Positions 45,721 to 59,000 of a stretch of 64,000 nucleotides of DNA are shown piece after piece. The stretch is from the NCBI RefSeq assembly GCF_006345805.1, contig NC_042997.1:137268001-137332000 (forward strand). Reading direction: 5' to 3'. The notes beneath the pieces are model-generated. The model ran no database searches. It had not been told where the DNA came from and saw nothing but the letters and a program-made list of their open reading frames with translations. The position numbers were made by a program, and so were the translations under genes. Position 1 is the first letter of the stretch, and each line of letters opens with the position of its first letter. This stretch comes from Octopus sinensis. Taxonomy: Eukaryota.

Positions 45721-47451
45721 TACATATATATACACATACATACATATATATACACATACATACATATATATACACATACATGCATACATATACACATACA
45801 TGCATACATATATATATACATAGACTTATTTGTCCATGTAAATCAGATCTAGGTAAGATCATTTTAGATAAATATACACATATATATACACATACACACA
45901 TATATATACATACACACATATATATACATACACACATATATATACATATACACACATATATATATATACATATATATATAGATAGACATATATATATACA
46001 CATATATATATACATATACACACATATATATATATATACATATATATATAGATAGACATATATATATACACATATATATATACACATATACATACACATA
46101 TATATATACATATACACATATATATATATACACACATATACATATACACATATACACATATACATATACACATATACATATACACATATACATATACACA
46201 TACACATATACACATATACACATATATATATATACACATATACACATATATATATACACATATACACATATATACACATACACATATATATATATACACA
46301 ATACACATATATACATATACACATATATACACATATACCATATATATATACCATATACATATATATATATACATATACATATAACACATACCTATATACA
46401 CATACCTATATACATAACATACAATAATAACACATACATATATACATACATATATACACATACATATATACATACATATATACACATACATACATACACA
46501 CATATATATACATATACACATACATATATATATACATATACACATACATATATATACATATACACATACATATATATATATACATATACACATACATATA
46601 CATATATATATATACATATACATATACATATACATATATATACATATACGGCCGTTTGCCAGCTTGTCTGGCACTTGTGCAGGTGGCACGTAAAAAGCAC
46701 CCACTACACTCACGGAGTGGTTGGCGTTAGGAAGGGCATCCAGCCATAGAAACACTGCCAAATCTGACTGGGCCTGATGAAGCCTCCCGGCTTCACAGAC
46801 CCCAGTTAAACCGTCCAACCCATACTAGCATGGAAAACGGACGCTAAATGATGATGACGATGATGATATACATATATATATATATACATATACACATATA
46901 TATATATACATATACACATACATATATACATACACACATATATACATACACACATACATATATACATACACATACATATATACATATACACCATACATAT
47001 ATATACACACACACATATATACACACACATATATATACATATACACATATATACATATACACATATATACATATACACACATGTATACATACATATACAC
47101 ACACACACATGTATACATACATATACACACACACACATGTATACATACATATACACACACACACATGTATACATACATATACACACACACACATATATAC
47201 ATATACACACATATATACATATACACACACATATACATATACACACACATATATACATACACACACACATATATACATACACACACACATATATATATAT
47301 ATACATACACACACACATATATATATATACATACACACACACATATATATATATACATACACACACATTATATAATACACACACACACATATATATATAC
47401 ATACACACACATATATATATACATACACACACACATCATATATATATACAT

Positions 47452-47482
<31 letters not shown>

Positions 47483-49192
47483 CATACACACACACACACA
47501 CATATATATATACATATACACACATGGAAGATAGTTTTTTTATGTGGCAGATGCTCAGGAGCAATAAACACTGAAAATGCGCAGAGACCAACTTCCGCCA
47601 CATTCCAGGAAGAAAAACTAGAAGTAGCTGATAGCTTCCATTACCTAGGTGACTAAGTCAGTAGCAGGGGAGGGTGTGCTGAAAGTGTAACTGCTAGAGT
47701 AAGAATAGCCTGGGCAAAGTTCAGAGAGCTCTTACCTCAGCTGGTGACAAAAGGCCTCTCGCTCAGAGTAAAAGGCAGACTGTATGATGCATGTGTACGA
47801 ACAGCCATGCTACATGGCAGTGAAACATAGGCTGTGACTGTTGAGGATATGCGTAAGCTCACAAGAAATGAAGCCAGTATGCTCCGATGGATGTGTAATG
47901 TCAGTGTTCATACTCGACAGAGTGTAAATACTTTGAGAAAAGTTGGACCTAAGAAGCGTCAGTTGTGGTGTGCAAGAGAGACGTATGCGCTGGTATGGTC
48001 ATGTGGTGAGAAAGGATGAAGATAGTTGTGTGAAAAAGTGCCACACCCTAGTGGTTGAGGGAACCTGTGGAAGAGGTAGACCCAGGAAAACCTGGGACGA
48101 GGTGGTGAAGCACGACCTTCAAACATTAGGTCTCACCGTGCAATGACTAGTGACCGAGACCTTTGGAAGTATACTGTGCGTGAGAAGACCTGGCAGGACA
48201 AGTGAGACCATAACCCGTGGCCTCTACCTGGGATGTAGCCAGTCTGCTTATGCATACCATTCCTTATTGGGACACAAAACTCTACTTGCAAAGACCTGTT
48301 GAGGCAAGTGAAATCGAAATTGATCAAAATCAATGGAAATTGTAATTGTGATACCTGTGCCTGTGGCACGTAAGAGAACCATCCGAACGTGGCCCTTTGC
48401 CAGCGCCGCCCTGACCGGCCTCCGTGCCAGTGGCATGTAAAAAGCACCCACTACACTCACGGAGTGGTTGGCATTAGGAGGGGCATCCAGCTGTAGAAAC
48501 ACTGCCAGATCAGACTGGGCCCGATGCAGCCTCCTGGCTTCCCAGACCCCAGTTGAACTGTCCAACCCATGCTAGCATGAAAAGCGGCCGTTAAACGATG
48601 ATGACATATACATATATATAATAATTTAATAAATAAAATATATGTACGTACCTACATCTACATGTATATATACATGCATATATAAATATATATACGTGAG
48701 TACAGGACACCTCAAATAGACGTAGAACTCAACGAGAAGCGAAAACGTAAAACAAACATGGAAACGGACCTTTTTTTTAACAACGAAAAAACAGAGTACA
48801 AGACAAACAACACAAGGAAAATTCCCCTTCATCAGCTGTCCCTAGTTCGACTCCATGCGTGTTTTTCGAAGGTGAGGACAGAACATGACTTGTCGAACTA
48901 GCCCTTCCTGTGAAAGAATTAAATAAAATTCCTTTGCAGAGGGGTAAAAACAAGGAAAGAAAAAAATGTGACAAAAACAGGACGTAAAAATGATACAAAT
49001 AAAATTACAAAATAAAATACAAAATAAAAATATAATTACAAAAAAATACAGTACAAGAAATAAAAACAAACAATGAGGGCCTTTTTTTGGCCTAGACGAG
49101 GAAAGATTTTTAAGAGCTCAGGAAAAAAGTGTGTTCACTTGTAGGAGGCCGCAAGTGAAAGGATGTGGTCGCCTGGCTGTGAGAGAGATGAG

Positions 49193-49229
<37 letters not shown>

Positions 49230-50032
49230 AACCAGAAAGGGCGAAAAAGAGAGACAGGCAAAGAGGAAGACAAGGAAAGGTCAAGCAAAGGGTTATAGAG
49301 TTTCGCGTCATAATTATATATAAAAACTTAATCGGAGGAAATGAAACGATGCAAGGGCGCTCAGTCATACAATAATTTAATAAATAAACTATATATACGT
49401 GAGTACAGGACATCACAAATAGACGTAGAACTCAACGAGAAACGAAAACGTAAAACAAACATGGAAACGGACCTGTTTTTTCGTTGTTAAAAAAAAATGG
49501 TCCGTTTCCATGTTTGTTTTTACGTTTTCGTTTCTCGTTGAGTTCTACGTCTATATATATATATGCATGTATATATACATGTAGATGTAGGTACGTACAT
49601 ATATGTATGCATGTATGCATATATTTTATTTATTAAATTATTGAATGACTGAGTGCCCTCGCGTCGTTTCGTCCAAGCAAGTTTTTATACACATACATAC
49701 ACACACATATATACACATGTATATATACACATACACACATATATATACACATACACACATACACACATATATATACATATACACACACATATATATACAT
49801 ACACACACACATATATATACATACACACACACATATATATACATACACACACACATATATATATACATACACATATATATATACATACACACATATATAT
49901 ACATACACACATATATATATACATACACACATATATATATACATACACACATATATATATACATACACACACATATATATACATACACATATAGACGTAT
50001 ATATACACATACAGACATATATACACATACAC

Positions 50033-50065
<33 letters not shown>

Positions 50066-53000
50066 GACATATATATACATAGACATATATATACACATAT
50101 ATATAGACATATATATACATATTTATATACATATGCGCACATACATATATACTTAAATATACTCATATATACATACACACACATATATATATATATACAC
50201 ACACACATACATAAAGAAAAACGTACACATATATATACACATATACGCACACATATACACACACACACACATATATAAGAAAAATACAAAATGGGACAAG
50301 TACACAAAACATCCAGAGAGTTAGGTCACTTGCAGCCCTCTTTCTTCAGTTGAGCCCCAGATAATGTTTGCAATTTCGGCTGGTTATACTCAAGATTGGT
50401 CCAATCTGGTCAGCCCCAAGGAAAAACTAAGCCAAGAGCATTAGACATCATCAGGATTCTTTATTGCCTGAGATAGTTTTGTGTCATCAGTGTAGCTAGT
50501 GACAATGGCCGTCTGAGTGACTGTAGGCATGTCCAGAAGAGCTACTATGAACAGTAGTGGCCCAAGGATAGTTCCTTAACCGGCCTGTTTAAAAGTACCT
50601 TTCGATTGTTTAGAAAATGCTGTACTTGAGTCAGGTGAAATTGTAGTTGTGGCATATGCCAGTGCCGGTGGCATGTAGAAAGCACCATTCCCATGTGGCC
50701 AATGCCAGGGCCACCTGACTAGCCCATGCCAGTGACATGTAAAAAGTACCCACTACACTCTCTGAGTGGTTGGTGTTAAGAAGGGCATCCAGCTGTAGAA
50801 ACCTTGCCAGATCAGCTTGGAGCCTGATGCAGCCTCCTGGCTTGCCAGTCCTCAGTCAAACCATCCAACCCATGCCAGCATGGAAAGTGGACGTTAAATG
50901 ATGGCATACACATATATGATACATGCATGCATTTATATATATGTATATACTGATGTAAATATACATACACACTCTCACCCACATGATCTTTGGTTCACTT
51001 ACTGCATAGCATCTTGGGCAAGTGCCTTTTCCTACAGCCTTAGGTTAACCAAAGCCTTGTGAGTGAAGATTGTAGATGGAAGCTGAAAGAATCACGTGTA
51101 TGTCTGTTACTGTCTCCTTGCCTTGATTCTTTGTGATGGCTGTGAATGAATGTCCCAGTCATGCAAGTAGCATTCTTTGTTTCCAATCTTCCATGAAAAC
51201 ATGTCCAGTTATAGAGAATATTAACTTATTTGGAAATAGGCATGGGTTGGTGACAAGAATGGCATTGGCTGTAGAAAAACTGTCTAAAATTGTGTCCCAC
51301 CTATGCAAGCATGGAAAAGTGGACATTGAAATGATATACACAGACACATATAAACACACATTTATACACACTAGTGCATCTTGGTGGTAATATATGTGCA
51401 ATCTACACTCCTGAAAAATCACTAAGAAAACTGCAAGCAATCTGAAATTGAAGCAATTTCTCAGTGAAATATATTAATAAATCACACTGAAACACATTTT
51501 CATTTCAATTGTCGGACAATACAACAAAGAAACCACCAGCTCTAAGATGAAATTAAAAATTGAAATCACGCAGTAGCTTTTTCTTAGAAGACTCCAATGA
51601 ATGTATGTCATTTTTTTTTTGAAAGATATAAAGTAAAACTTCCCAGGTAAGCCAAGTTTCATTTATAGAGCATGATAAATTGAGTGTTTAGATATCTGTA
51701 GTACATCGTTAAACTTAGTCAACTATATTTGGATAATTTCAGTGTATTCTCTTGCATTTCATTGTATGTAGCTGCTAGCATGAAATATTTCTGCATATAA
51801 AAAGGTAAGGATGAATCAATATATGACAAAAAAATTTTTTATCCCCTCATCTCTCCATCACTACCCCAGGTATGATCAACAGTTAGAGAACTTTCAGTTG
51901 CGTCTGCAATGTCACTTCATATGTAATTTGACTGTTTAGAAAACAAGTCAGAATTAGTTACACTAACTAGTGTATGCACAAATCTTAACTAGTACAATAT
52001 GTATGAATAATGCATACAGAGGATATGGTAATTAGAGAGAAAATATTACTTAGAGCTAAGCCAAAGAAGGATTACAGTGAAATAGTGAGGCTTGGTTAGA
52101 AATTTGGGTCTATATAAAACTGAAACACAAATTCTGGAGATAATGAAAATAAAAGGAAACAACTAACCTGATATTTAAAAGACCCTTGGGTTGTGTGAAT
52201 ATATAATGTATTTTCAACTGGGCCAACCTGACGCGCTAGAAATACAACATCAAATGTTGTGTTTCCTCCAGGAGGAACCATCTGCAAGAGAGAGAGTAAG
52301 AATTCATTGCAAGTCACATAGATTCTACAAAGAAATAAAAGATTAATTGATTTTCATTAATTCACTCAATCATCATCATCATCATTTAGCGTCCGCTTTC
52401 CATGCTAGCATGGGTTGGACGGTTCAACTGGGGTCTGTGAAGCCAGAAGGCTGCATCAGGCCCAGTCTGATCTGGCAGTGTTTCTATGGCTGGATGCCCT
52501 TCCTAACGCCAACCACTCCGTGAGTGTAGTGGGTGCTTTTTACGTGCCACTCGCACAGGTGCCAGACGGAGCTGGCAAACGGCCACGGACGGATGGTGCT
52601 TTTTACATGCCACCGACACGGGGGCGAGGCGAGGCTGGCAACGGCCACGAACCGATGGTGCTTTTTACGTGCCAAAAACTAAGTAATAATTGTGGTAGTG
52701 ATAACCCAGAAAGGATACATGACTATAAAGATAGCTTTACAAGACCTAACTTTAAAATGCTAGCACAGAAATTATAGATGTTTATATATACATACGTACA
52801 AATATGTATGCGAACATTTCCAAAATAAATTTAGCAAATTTGAATATTTACATTTGAATTATTGCTGCAATTACTTTAACACTTAAATATTAGGTTCCTA
52901 TAATTAATACACAACTATTTAGCAGGAATGGTATTATTTTCTAAGTTGTATAGCCTGTAAAAAGTTTATTTGCATTTTGTCTCATTATACAACACAATGT

Positions 53001-56000
53001 AGCTTTGTTTAAACTAAGGACCATACGTTTTAACAATAAGCAAAAATGAAGAGATCTGATAGGAAAAACAAAAAAGAAAAATACATATATAAGCATCTTA
53101 CTTTATCTTGAAAAAATGAACAGTGAAAATGTGCTGTACTGCCTGATATGGACAACAGGTGTAAACTGGTTTTTGTGTCAGCATTATGTACAGAGACCTG
53201 TTGTAGATGAGGCATACCCACAGGGCTACAAAACAGATAAAATATTTGATTTTAGTTATTTACGTAGCAAAAGTTGGTGCAATTTATAACACAAGGGAAA
53301 GAGAGTAGGGCAATATGCTTTATGATACCTAGTGTGAACTGAGAAGTTTAATGGTAATTAAAATCGTTTTGTTTAGAGCATAAAGTTGGTAATGTATAAG
53401 TTGAATGTAAGAAGATTCTAGATACACAATTTTAACAAGAGATGTGCATGATATAGGGAGATATGTAAAAAGAGATACTTTTTTCAGAAATCTTTTTTTC
53501 AAAATATGCGGAAAAATACAGAGATTATGATTCTGAAAAAAATTACCCAAAATTGTAAAATATAAGAATTTTTCTTCTAAATATGCAGAAAAATACAGGC
53601 ATTATGATTCAGTCAAAAATTTCAAAACATTTCTGTAATTATGGTTAGGGTTGATGTTGGGGAAAAAAGTCAAAATTGAAGAAGAATTTGGGGGGGAGAG
53701 GAAATAATTTAGCAATGCTGATTTTTGGCAATTTTCTGGAACATCCATGTCCAGAAATGGTGGGTTTTTGACAAAAAAAAAATTTTTTTTTAATAAATTT
53801 GGGAGAAAATGGGGGTGGGGTGGTGCAGGGGGATGTCTTTGCAATAAGTTAAAAATATTTAACTTCAAATTTCTCAATACTCACTGTTCACCAAAATCTA
53901 ACATTGTTGGATCAAGCCGAACCCCATTTGGTAAATTATTTTCTTCATGAAAGCTGAAAGAAAAAAATTGTAAATATGAATGATGTGAAAATTACTACAA
54001 CTCTAACTCAACAATTCTAAAAATAACAGTAAACTTACTTTAATTCTGAATAACTTTCACCTGGTTTTATCTGAAATAGAAAAGAAAATTGATAATTATA
54101 AAAGTTCTCTTGATATCAAAAGTAGGAACAAGACAGCGTTAATGGAAAAGTAGAGAAAAATATTCCAAACAGGAAAAATTAAATTAAACACCAGATTTGC
54201 TTAAATATCACTTTTCAGTTTCTAAAAATCATCCTTATTTCAATGCTGAAACAGTACACAGCTACTACTATTGTGCAGTTCTAAAGATGTGCTCAAGTAC
54301 AAGAAAAGGGTAATTATTTCAGCCATACTGAATCAGTAAATACAAGCAAATATTAGGAAATTGCAGTCCAATGAAATTTCTAAGATAGTTGAAATAGATA
54401 GGTTTGTCAAGTAAAGGGCTGAACATCTGTCTTAGTACTGAAAGGTTTTCTTGAATTTAATATAGTCCATTCATCATCATCATCATCATTCATTTAGCGT
54501 CCGTTTTCCATGCTAGCATGGGTTGGACGGTTCAATTGGGGTCTGGGGAGCCCGAAGGCTGCACCAGGCCAGTCAGATCTGGCAGTGTTTCTACAGCTGG
54601 ATGCCCTTCCTAACGCCAACCACTCCGAGAGTGTAGTGGGTGATTTTATGTGCCACCGACACAGGTGCCAGACGAGGCTGGCAGACGGCCACGCTCGGAT
54701 GGTGTTTTTATGTGCCACCGACACAGGTGCCAGACGAGGCTGGCAGACGGCCACGCTCGGATGGTGTTTTTATGTGCCACCGACACAGGTGCCAGATGAG
54801 GCTGGCGAACGGCCACGATCGGATGGTGTTTGTTACGTGCCCGCAGCACGGAGGCTAGTCGATGCGGTACTGGCACCACAAAGATACAAATTCCATTGAT
54901 GTTCATCTATTTTGATTTGTTTTGATTGATTAGATATATTTCTGAAAAAGAACCATAGCAATGTGAGCCTGTTTCCAAGAATACTTAAGAAGGGGACTTA
55001 AAACCAATTTTAGAAATAATGATCTTGGAATATTTATCTTTCAAATAGTTTAAGGATTGTATAAAATATATATGAAACAAAAAGTAATGTTAATCAGATG
55101 GACAGATATTAAGCTTTATATTATACTACAGTTTGAAGTCTGTACTTAAGGAAATTTTCTTTGACTTGGACAGGAGCAACACAAATTTCCAGTTACTATA
55201 ACTGAAAATTTAACTTTTTAACATTTTAAAGATCTACTCCCAAACTCAACCAGTCACCAATAGATGTTCAACCACCCTGCATTCTGTACCTAAATATTCC
55301 CTTCTATTGGTCTCATGATCTCAACATTTTCTAGCTACATTCCATATATGATGATCAGCTCATTCAGAAGCTGAAACATTCATAACTTACATCTGGTTGA
55401 CAAGTGACTGCCAGAGCTGTCACTTCTTTATGTGCAAAGCTAGCTTTTGAGATATCTGATTAGAAATATAAAAATATTTAAACCCATCATTACAATCTAA
55501 ATTTACTACAATTTGAGCCAGAACATAACAACCATAAGGCACTAGTTAATTACTTGGAATTTCAATTTTATACAAGCTATTAAATGAGACCACTAATCCT
55601 AATAGTCTCTATCATTAGCAGAGAACACTGTTCACAAGTGAGCTGCTTCCTTACTAAATTCTTTCATTTATCTGTCCCAATGTGCAACCTATTGCCAAAC
55701 AAGACACTCTTGACTGTTAACCAATCTTAACCACCTCCTAGATTATGGCAGATCTTATTTCACCAATCACTTGTTAAGGTTTCTCAGAGAGAGATTTATT
55801 GAAGAACTCTTTTACAGGTCAACACAGAGGTCTCTTGTTGGTGTAAATTTCAAGAGACCTTCAGTCAAATTATAGCATAAAAACATTTTAGCAATGTAGC
55901 ACACTTACTGTTTGTACTCAACATTAATAATTTGCATTACTTTGACATGTGTTGATTCAGCTCTTCTTAGTCATCAGTTAATTTTTATAGCATATCCAGT

Positions 56001-59000
56001 AGTTAGCCGAGTCTTGCTTCTTGACATTACTACAGCCAAAGACCCTACTAACTACATATTCTTAAAGTAATATTACACAATACATTAGGCCTCTCTTTCC
56101 AAAAGCCTCTTTCACATAGAACCTCTCTCCAGGTCTGCACATTCTTCATAAACAGACTCCTTAAACATACTTGCAAAGATGATTCAACTAAATGTACACT
56201 AGAATAAAAAAAAGGTTAAAAATGCCTACAACACTATACCCCTTATATTCATTGAGAATTCATATCTAGAACAATCACCATATTTAATGCCTAATACTCT
56301 GATAATTTATTCCAAAATTGATCTTCAATATTTTAGATGGTGCACTATTATATTGCAGTTTGAACTGAATCCAACCATTAAACTGATGAACTTTTACAAA
56401 ATCTACAACTACTGACGTACTTAATCAAATTATGGCTCTTTTAGTTGTTTTTCCTTAGAAGGGGAAGGCGAGTGCCATGACTGGAGAGCTTAGCAGGAGG
56501 AATAAACCAACAACCGAGTAGGTTCTCATGAAAGCATCCAGAGTTAAGTGGTGGTGTTAGATTGAGTAATCAGTTAAGGCTACTATTGAAAAATAGATAT
56601 GGTCCACTGACAGATTTCCAGAGTTTAGTTACTCAATTTCAGTTATAGACTTGAATTGACCCGAGGCTATAATAGAAAACACTTGTCCAAGATGCCACAC
56701 AGTAGAATTGAAACTGGAACTACATGATTGCAGAGCAAACTTAACAATGATGTCCTCACTTTCTGTACTGTCAGTCATCTCCTACTCTCCCCAACCTTTC
56801 ATATAACTTGTGTATCGTCAATCATCCCTCCACTCTTATCCACTATTCACCCTATCCAATCTCTAGACATCACCTACTCCTTCCAATTCATATTTATCAT
56901 TAACCACCTTTTAATTCTTGTTCTTCCTTCATTATACCAACCCTAACCCTAATCCTACTTTTGCAACTTCTACCTGCCCACAATTGTTTCCTTCTTGTAC
57001 TTTAAGGGTTCACCCTGACACTTCATCACTACCATTTGACTCTCCAGCACCACACTGTTCTATAATGCAAATAGGCACGTAGTTAACTGCAGGAAGAAAC
57101 TTGTCCCAGCCCTTTCTTTCATTTGACTCCTAGTATAAGACTGTCTCCCTTTTTGTGGTATCTCCAATCAGTTGAAAAGAATTATTTTTCTTGTGAACTA
57201 TGTAGCAATCTTAATAGTATTAGTACCTAAAGACAGAAAAGCACTCAGTACACTCTAAAGTGGTTAGCATTAGGAAGGTCATCCAGCCATAGAAACCATG
57301 CCAAAGCAGACATTAGAGCATGATGCAGTCCTCGGGCCAGTCAGATCCTGTCAGATTGTCCAACATATGGAAGAATAGAGGATGAATGTTAAAAGATGGA
57401 AATGGTGATGTTGAGATGAGGTCTAGACAGTTTGAACACAAATATTTGGACCAGATATGGCCAGTTTAAATGCCAATTTAATAATTCAAAAATTGTCTTA
57501 TCTTTTCCATATGTGTGTCTATAATGAAGAGATTGTATTTTAGAAAGTGGTCAATTTCATCGGTGTGTGTCAATATAGCCTTAGATTCCGTAATGTATGA
57601 TAGCATCACACACATCTTGCTATTATAAAATGTAACCATTTTCACTAAAGAAAGTACCAGCTTTTATGTTTACTAAGTTTTACCTCTGCATCATGAAATC
57701 AAAATAGACCAAGTCAATAGGGGGTTGGCTTACAGAGCAGAAAATTCATACCCATTGCTTTTGTGCTGTGTATAGCACCAAGACACTTATCTTTTGCTGG
57801 TTTAAGTAGAACTTTATATTGAAACATCTAGAATATTGAGCATTTTTGGGGAATTGCGATAAGTTCAAATCATACTAGTCACAACCAAACTGCTGGGTGG
57901 ATTCGCGTGAAAATGTCACACATGGAGACAGGTGCATAAATTGGAATGGCTCCATACTTACCGATAAAATCGATTAAAACTTTTTCTAATGGAATTCCCA
58001 TGTTTGTTCCGCCATTAAAACAACCAGTTGCTCACACAGCCGGCATATACCATTTCAATAGCAACAAGAGGAGTACAGGATGACAGTCACCCAAAACTTT
58101 TGCTATATTGTCTCTCTTCTTTCACCTCTTGGTGGGGTTAATAATCTTAATCTTTAGTTATAGTTTCTCATTCAAACTACATAATAGGCAGAATTGTCGG
58201 ATTAAGACAGTAGGGTGTTTTCAGGGAGATTTGGCTGCTATTTCTGCCAGGTCTAGCTACCATGTAGAGGTCTGAATTCAATTTTCATTCACATATTTGC
58301 ATTTCAAAAATTTAACAATCTTTCCATAAATCAACTATCATAAAAATTTTATACGAAGACATTTTCTATGTATGTGTGTGTACCTTAAAAGACATCAATC
58401 ATCACGATACACACCTTCACTCACTATCTTTCTCTCTCACACGCGCAAGCATGCACACACACACACATCCATTTCATATATCTTCTTTCAATTTCTGCTC
58501 TTTGCAAATAAAATTTTTATGGATACAAAAATAGGGATTAATGTATAATTTCTTTCTATGTTCATATTTAAATCAATGTTTTAATGATTAGACAGAGGTC
58601 CAATAGAATAGCTCTCAGAAACAGACTACGTACAAATTCATTCTTCACAACTCCTGAAGCTATTTTCTGACAAGTGGGTGAGAGGGGAAGAGTCAGAAAA
58701 TTTTCATACAGCTGGAGGCTCCAATCAAAACAGAGGGACCCAAAATGATATGGTTGAGAAACGCTGTTATAGTTTATGCCTAATCGAAAACGATCACAGC
58801 CACATCATCCAAACAGACCGGGTGAAACTAGGCTTAGCTGCTAGTCTTATATATATATATATATATATATATATGAAGATTCCATAACTTAATGTATCCT
58901 CATATAACAGTTTTTGGGACACACATTTCTGGCTTGAAAATGACTGCTCTTTGTGTTTATGTACATCAACAGTATCAGTGTTAGTTCGTGATCAATTTGT

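Larger units (their letters stand above)
37150..47523. repeat. Giant (TA)n/(CATA)n/(CA)n compound simple-sequence array (about 10 kb), interrupted by small TE islands
   Basis: Direct inspection; local 30-bp (37711-37890) and 28-bp (47081-47170) higher-order units. Confidence 0.97.

Noticed and set aside
37282-50307. Dozens of long ORFs (up to 546 aa) rich in Y/I/M/C/V or H/T/Y/I
   Set aside because: They are translations of TA/CA/CATA microsatellite, which lacks stop codons by composition, and have no coding signal.
54641-54850. Regularly spaced repeats resembling a CRISPR array
   Set aside because: The units are contiguous tandem copies without unique spacers, in a eukaryotic LINE 3' UTR.
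55391-55439. Segment ending in a GTAAGT donor
   Set aside because: Weak acceptor and an early stop in phase 0
56171-56198. 28-nt exon-like segment (ttttattctag / gtatgt), VHLVESSLQ
   Set aside because: The phase is incompatible with E2 (phase 0) and gives an immediate TGA in that frame; E2-E3 already join in frame.
58678-58887. Plus-strand 69-aa ORF containing IIQTD
   Set aside because: Wrong strand for TMEM131, GTG start and no other support; the true AFIQTD exon is at 63548-63612.
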